Source: Vulcanimicrobiaceae bacterium
GTDB lineage: Bacteria > Vulcanimicrobiota > Vulcanimicrobiia > Vulcanimicrobiales > Vulcanimicrobiaceae
Assembly: GCA_046262595.1 (NCBI GenBank)
Contig: JBHEMM010000029.1
Location: 1-12,133, forward strand
Reading direction: 5' to 3'
Length of the DNA: 12,133 nucleotides
A program made the translations under genes and the position numbers. Position 1 is the first letter of the stretch. Each line of letters starts with the position of its first letter. Of the stretch, positions 8,941 to 12,133 are shown piece after piece. The notes under the pieces were generated by a model. It did no database searches, had not been told where the DNA came from, and was given only the letters and a program-made list of their open reading frames with translations.

Positions 8941-9728
8941 GCGCGCGCAAGATCGTTTTTACCTCGGGCAAGGGCGGCGTCGGCAAAACGACGACGACCG
9001 TGAACACCGGCGCGGCGCTCGCGCAGCGCGGGCACCGCGTCATCTTGATCGATGCCGATATCGGCTTGCGTAATCTCGACCTGGTTCTGGGGCTTGAAAA
9101 ACGCATCGTTTTTGATTTAGTGGAAGTGATCGAAGGGCGCTGCCAGGTGCGTCAAGCGCTGATCAAAGACAAGCGCTTCGATTCGCTCTCGATCCTTCCG
9201 GCGGCCCAGACGCGCGACAAAGAAGCCGTCAACGAAGAACAGATGGCTGGTTTGGTCGAGGAGTTGTCCGGCATGGCCGACTACGTCCTCATCGATTGCC
9301 CGGCCGGCATCGAAGGCGGCTTTCGCAACGCCGTCGCGGGCGCAGCCGAAGCGGTGATCGTGACCACGCCCGAAGTGAGCGCGATACGTGATGCGGATCG
9401 CGTGATTGGCAAGCTGGCGGAAAAGGCGATGCCCGTGCGGCTCATCGTGAACCGCATCCGGCCCGAGATGGTGCGCAGCGGCGACATGCTCTCCGTTGAA
9501 GACGTTTGCGAAATACTTTCGGCCGAACTGCTGGGCATCGTGCCGGACGATGAAGAGATCATCGACACGACCAACCGCGGCGAGCCCGTCGTGCTTGGCG
9601 AAGGTTCGCGCCTGCGCGCCATCTACGAGAAGATCGCGCGGCGGCTCGAGGGCGAGCTCGTGCCCTTTACCAATCTCGACTCCACCGGATTTTTGGGCCG
9701 TCTTTTCGGCGCCTTGAAAGCAGGCTAA
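8937..9728 (+). CDS. minD: Septum site-determining ATPase MinD (copy 1)
   Basis: Deviant Walker A SGKGGVGKTT, DADIGLRNLD, AAQTRDK, DCPAGIE, TTPEVSAIRDADR, GDMLSVED, NRGEP and the C-terminal amphipathic membrane-targeting sequence GFLGRLFG. The GTG start overlaps the minC stop (GTGA), with AAGGAG upstream. Confidence 0.96.
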   Translation: MSARKIVFTSGKGGVGKTTTTVNTGAALAQRGHRVILIDADIGLRNLDLVLGLEKRIVFDLVEVIEGRCQVRQALIKDKRFDSLSILPAAQTRDKEAVNEEQMAGLVEELSGMADYVLIDCPAGIEGGFRNAVAGAAEAVIVTTPEVSAIRDADRVIGKLAEKAMPVRLIVNRIRPEMVRSGDMLSVEDVCEILSAELLGIVPDDEEIIDTTNRGEPVVLGEGSRLRAIYEKIARRLEGELVPFTNLDSTGFLGRLFGALKAG

Positions 9729-9729
9729 C

Positions 9730-10569
9730 GTGCACCACGCCGCAGTCGATCCGCTGCTGCAAAGCGTGCCCAAACAGTTGGGCCGCGCGATCGTCATCAC
9801 ATCCGGTAAGGGCGGCGTCGGGAAAACAACAACGACCGCGAACCTGGGCACCGCATTGGCGAAGCGCGGCGCAACCGTAGCGCTCGTCGATGCCGACGTC
9901 GGTTTGCGCAATCTCGACATCGTCATGGGTTTGGAATCTCGCGTGAAGTATCACGTGCTCGACGTCTTGGAAGACGTGGCGACGCTCGACGACGCGCTCG
10001 TGCGCGACAAAAATTCGCCGACGCTGCAGCTGCTGGCGGCCGCGCAGACGCGTGAAAAAGAAGACGTCGACACGGAAAAAATGCGCGCGCTGATCGAGCG
10101 GCTGCGCGAACGTTTCGACTATGTGCTGATCGACTGCCCGGCCGGCATCGAGATGGGCTTCAAGAACGCCGTCGTCGGCGCACAGGAAGCGATTGTCGTG
10201 TGCACGCCGGAGGTTTCCGCGGTGCGCGATGTGGATCGCGTCGTCGGGCTGCTCGGCAACCGTTTCACCCCGCAGCTCGTCATCAATCGCGTCCGCCCGG
10301 GCCTGGTGAAAAAAGGCAAGATGCTTTCGGTCGAAGACGTCAATTCGATTTTGCATCTGCCGCTGCTCGGCGTCATCGCCGACGAACCGGACGTGATCGT
10401 TTCGACCAACAAGGGCGAACCGCTCGCACTGCGCAGCGATTCACCGACGGCTTCCGCCTATCACGCGATCGCGGCTCGCATCGCGGGCGAGGACGTCGCC
10501 GCTCCCACCGTAGAATACAAAGCGAGCTTCATGGATAAACTCGGTTCGTTCTTCGGAGGCCGCCGCTAG
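9730..10569 (+). CDS. minD: Septum site-determining ATPase MinD (copy 2)
   Basis: SGKGGVGKTT, DADVGLRNLD, AAQTREK, DCPAGIE, TPEVSAVRDVDR, MLSVED, NKGEP and C-terminal amphipathic SFMDKLGSFFG. The GTG start is 1 bp after the minD1 stop; an alternative TTG start at 9778 gives MGRAIVITSGKGG. Confidence 0.94.
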   Translation: MHHAAVDPLLQSVPKQLGRAIVITSGKGGVGKTTTTANLGTALAKRGATVALVDADVGLRNLDIVMGLESRVKYHVLDVLEDVATLDDALVRDKNSPTLQLLAAAQTREKEDVDTEKMRALIERLRERFDYVLIDCPAGIEMGFKNAVVGAQEAIVVCTPEVSAVRDVDRVVGLLGNRFTPQLVINRVRPGLVKKGKMLSVEDVNSILHLPLLGVIADEPDVIVSTNKGEPLALRSDSPTASAYHAIAARIAGEDVAAPTVEYKASFMDKLGSFFGGRR

Positions 10570-10571
10570 CA

Positions 10572-11072
10572 ATGATCGAGTTCTTCAACAAGCTCTTCGG
10601 CCGCCAACCCTCGGGCGCAACGGCGAAAGAGCGCTTACGCCTGGTCCTCATGTCCGATCATCTTTCACTGGCTCCCGACATGATCGAGGCGATGAAACGC
10701 GATCTCGTGGACGTCATCTCGCGCTACGTCGAAGTCGATCGCGAAAAGATCGACGTTCACTTCGAGCACCAAGACAAAGCCCTGGCCATGCTCGCAAATA
10801 TCCCCATCACGGGCGTAAACCGCAACGGCTCATCCTCCACCGGCTCGAACGGCAACGACTCCAACGGCGAGCGCGAACCGTCAGCAGGCAATGCGCTCGC
10901 GACGCCGCAGGAAGCGGCTCGTGTCCCGGAAGCCATGGATGGGGGTACGAGCGGACGAGCGCGGCCGGCCACCGCCGATGCCGCCGCGCCCAAAGCCAAA
11001 AACGGCGCCCGCCGCAAACGCAAGAAAAACGGCGCCGCGCAATCTGCGGGAAGACCGGCACCGGCAACGTAG
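10572..11072 (+). CDS. minE: Cell division topological specificity factor MinE with long low-complexity C-terminal tail
   Basis: N-terminal amphipathic MIEFFNKLFG, contact helix 'SGATAKERLRLVL', 'MKRDLVDVISRYVEVD' and 'LANIPI'. SD GGAGG at 10555-10559. Residues ~85-166 are an extra tail. Confidence 0.93.
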   Translation: MIEFFNKLFGRQPSGATAKERLRLVLMSDHLSLAPDMIEAMKRDLVDVISRYVEVDREKIDVHFEHQDKALAMLANIPITGVNRNGSSSTGSNGNDSNGEREPSAGNALATPQEAARVPEAMDGGTSGRARPATADAAAPKAKNGARRKRKKNGAAQSAGRPAPAT

Positions 11073-11132
11073 CAGCGTCGCACGCTCGCCTGAAAGGGCC
11101 GCGCGCGCCGCATAGCCGATAACCGCGGGAGA

Positions 11133-12133
11133 ATGGCCTCCATCGCGCTTTCGTACCAGACGCGCCGGTATCTGCGCAGCGTCAATTGGTTCCTGATAGC
11201 CGCAGCGGCTTTGTTGACGCTGTTCGGCATCGTGGTGATTCAATCGGCCAACTTGCACTCGGGCGACGCCGGATCCGAGTATAAGAAACAAGCGTTTTAT
11301 GCCATTGCCGGCGTCGCGGTCATGTATGCGTTCTCACGCACCGACTATCGCAATTTCGCGCGCTGGGCGCCATGGCTGTACGGCATCAATCTGCTTCTGC
11401 TGCTCGTCGTATTCCGGGTCGGGCATAACGCGCTGGGCGCCCAGCGATGGATCTCGCTGGGGCCGCTGGGAACGTTTCAACCCTCGGAACCCGCCAAACT
11501 CATTTTGGCAGTCTTCGTCGCGTGGGGCCTGTGCAAGTGGCCGTTCCGGCGGCTTGAAGATTTGTTGCGTCCGCTGGCAGCCGTCGGCATTCCCGCGCTG
11601 CTGATCGTCAAACAGCCGGACCTCGGAACGACGCTGGTGCTGCTTTCGATCCTCTCGACGCAGCTGTTCTTCGGGCTGGAACGTCTGCGCTATTTCACCG
11701 TGTATGCGTTGGGCGTGATAGGAACGGCGGCATTCACGGTCGGCACGAACTTTGTCCTCAAGCCGTTTCAAAAAGCGCGCCTGCTCGTCTTCGTCAATCC
11801 GAAAGCCGATCCTCAAGGTGCCGGTTACAATTTGAACCAGTCGAAGATCGCCGTCGGCAGCGGCGAATGGTTCGGGCGGGGCCTGCATCACGGCACGCAG
11901 ACGCAGCTCAACTTCGTGCCCGAACACTCGCGCGATTTTATTTTCACCGTGGTCGCGGAAGAGACGGGCTTTTTGGGTGCGCTCGCCGTGATCGGTGTCT
12001 ACATCGTTTTGCTGTACGGCGGCATCATCGCGATGATGGCGGCGCGCGACAAGTTCGGTTTTTTGCTTGCGGCCGGAATCGTCGGCATGTTCGCGTTTCA
12101 CGTCATCGTGAACGTCGGGATGACGATCGGCAT
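11133..12133 (+). CDS. rodA: Rod shape-determining protein RodA (FtsW/RodA/SpoVE SEDS family), 3'-truncated by the window edge
   Basis: Absent from the ORF track because there is no stop in the window. Manual translation from ATG 11133 gives MASIALSYQTRRYLRSVNWFLI..., 'GAQRWISLG', 'FQPSEPAK', 'KQPDLGT', 'GAGYNLNQSKIAVGSG', 'GTQTQLNFVPEHSRDFIF..AEETGF' and 'NVGMTIG'. Position after minE favours rodA over ftsW. Confidence 0.92.
   Translation, partial: MASIALSYQTRRYLRSVNWFLIAAAALLTLFGIVVIQSANLHSGDAGSEYKKQAFYAIAGVAVMYAFSRTDYRNFARWAPWLYGINLLLLLVVFRVGHNALGAQRWISLGPLGTFQPSEPAKLILAVFVAWGLCKWPFRRLEDLLRPLAAVGIPALLIVKQPDLGTTLVLLSILSTQLFFGLERLRYFTVYALGVIGTAAFTVGTNFVLKPFQKARLLVFVNPKADPQGAGYNLNQSKIAVGSGEWFGRGLHHGTQTQLNFVPEHSRDFIFTVVAEETGFLGALAVIGVYIVLLYGGIIAMMAARDKFGFLLAAGIVGMFAFHVIVNVGMTIG

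Noticed and set aside
8937..10569. minD duplication as an assembly artefact or pseudogene
   Set aside because: The copies are only about 55% identical in protein, and both have open frames with intact catalytic and membrane-targeting motifs.
11073..11132. Terminator between minE and rodA (AGCGT-CGC-ACGCT; GCCT-GAAA-GGGC)
   Set aside because: The stems are weak and there is no poly-U tract, so read-through into rodA is more likely.

Overview
GC-rich bacterial chromosomal window, almost fully coding, with three blocks. (1) 3-4818: a MoxR AAA+ cluster: DUF4350-like (5'-truncated) -> MoxR -> DUF58/VWA-like, then a convergent SpoIIM/DUF95-like membrane protein and a divergent RDD protein. As I recall it, this matches the order and orientation of M. 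tuberculosis Rv3691-Rv3695. (2) 4805-7848, minus strand: an exported M48 zinc metalloprotease with TPR-like helices and a long helical C-terminal extension, followed 5 bp later by a DUF697/YcjF-like protein whose N-terminus looks like a degenerate GTPase fold. (3) 8101-end: a cell-division/shape operon minC-minD-minD-minE-rodA (rodA truncated). The most notable signal is a non-canonical Min system: two intact, tandem, diverged MinD paralogs (about 55% identical by hand alignment), MinC with a long partly helical linker, MinE with an ~80-aa disordered tail carrying a basic patch, and same-orientation DnaA-box-like 9-mers upstream of minC. No RNA genes, CRISPR arrays or mobile elements were seen. 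The taxon is uncertain; a Terrabacteria-type lineage such as Eremiobacterota is only a guess.
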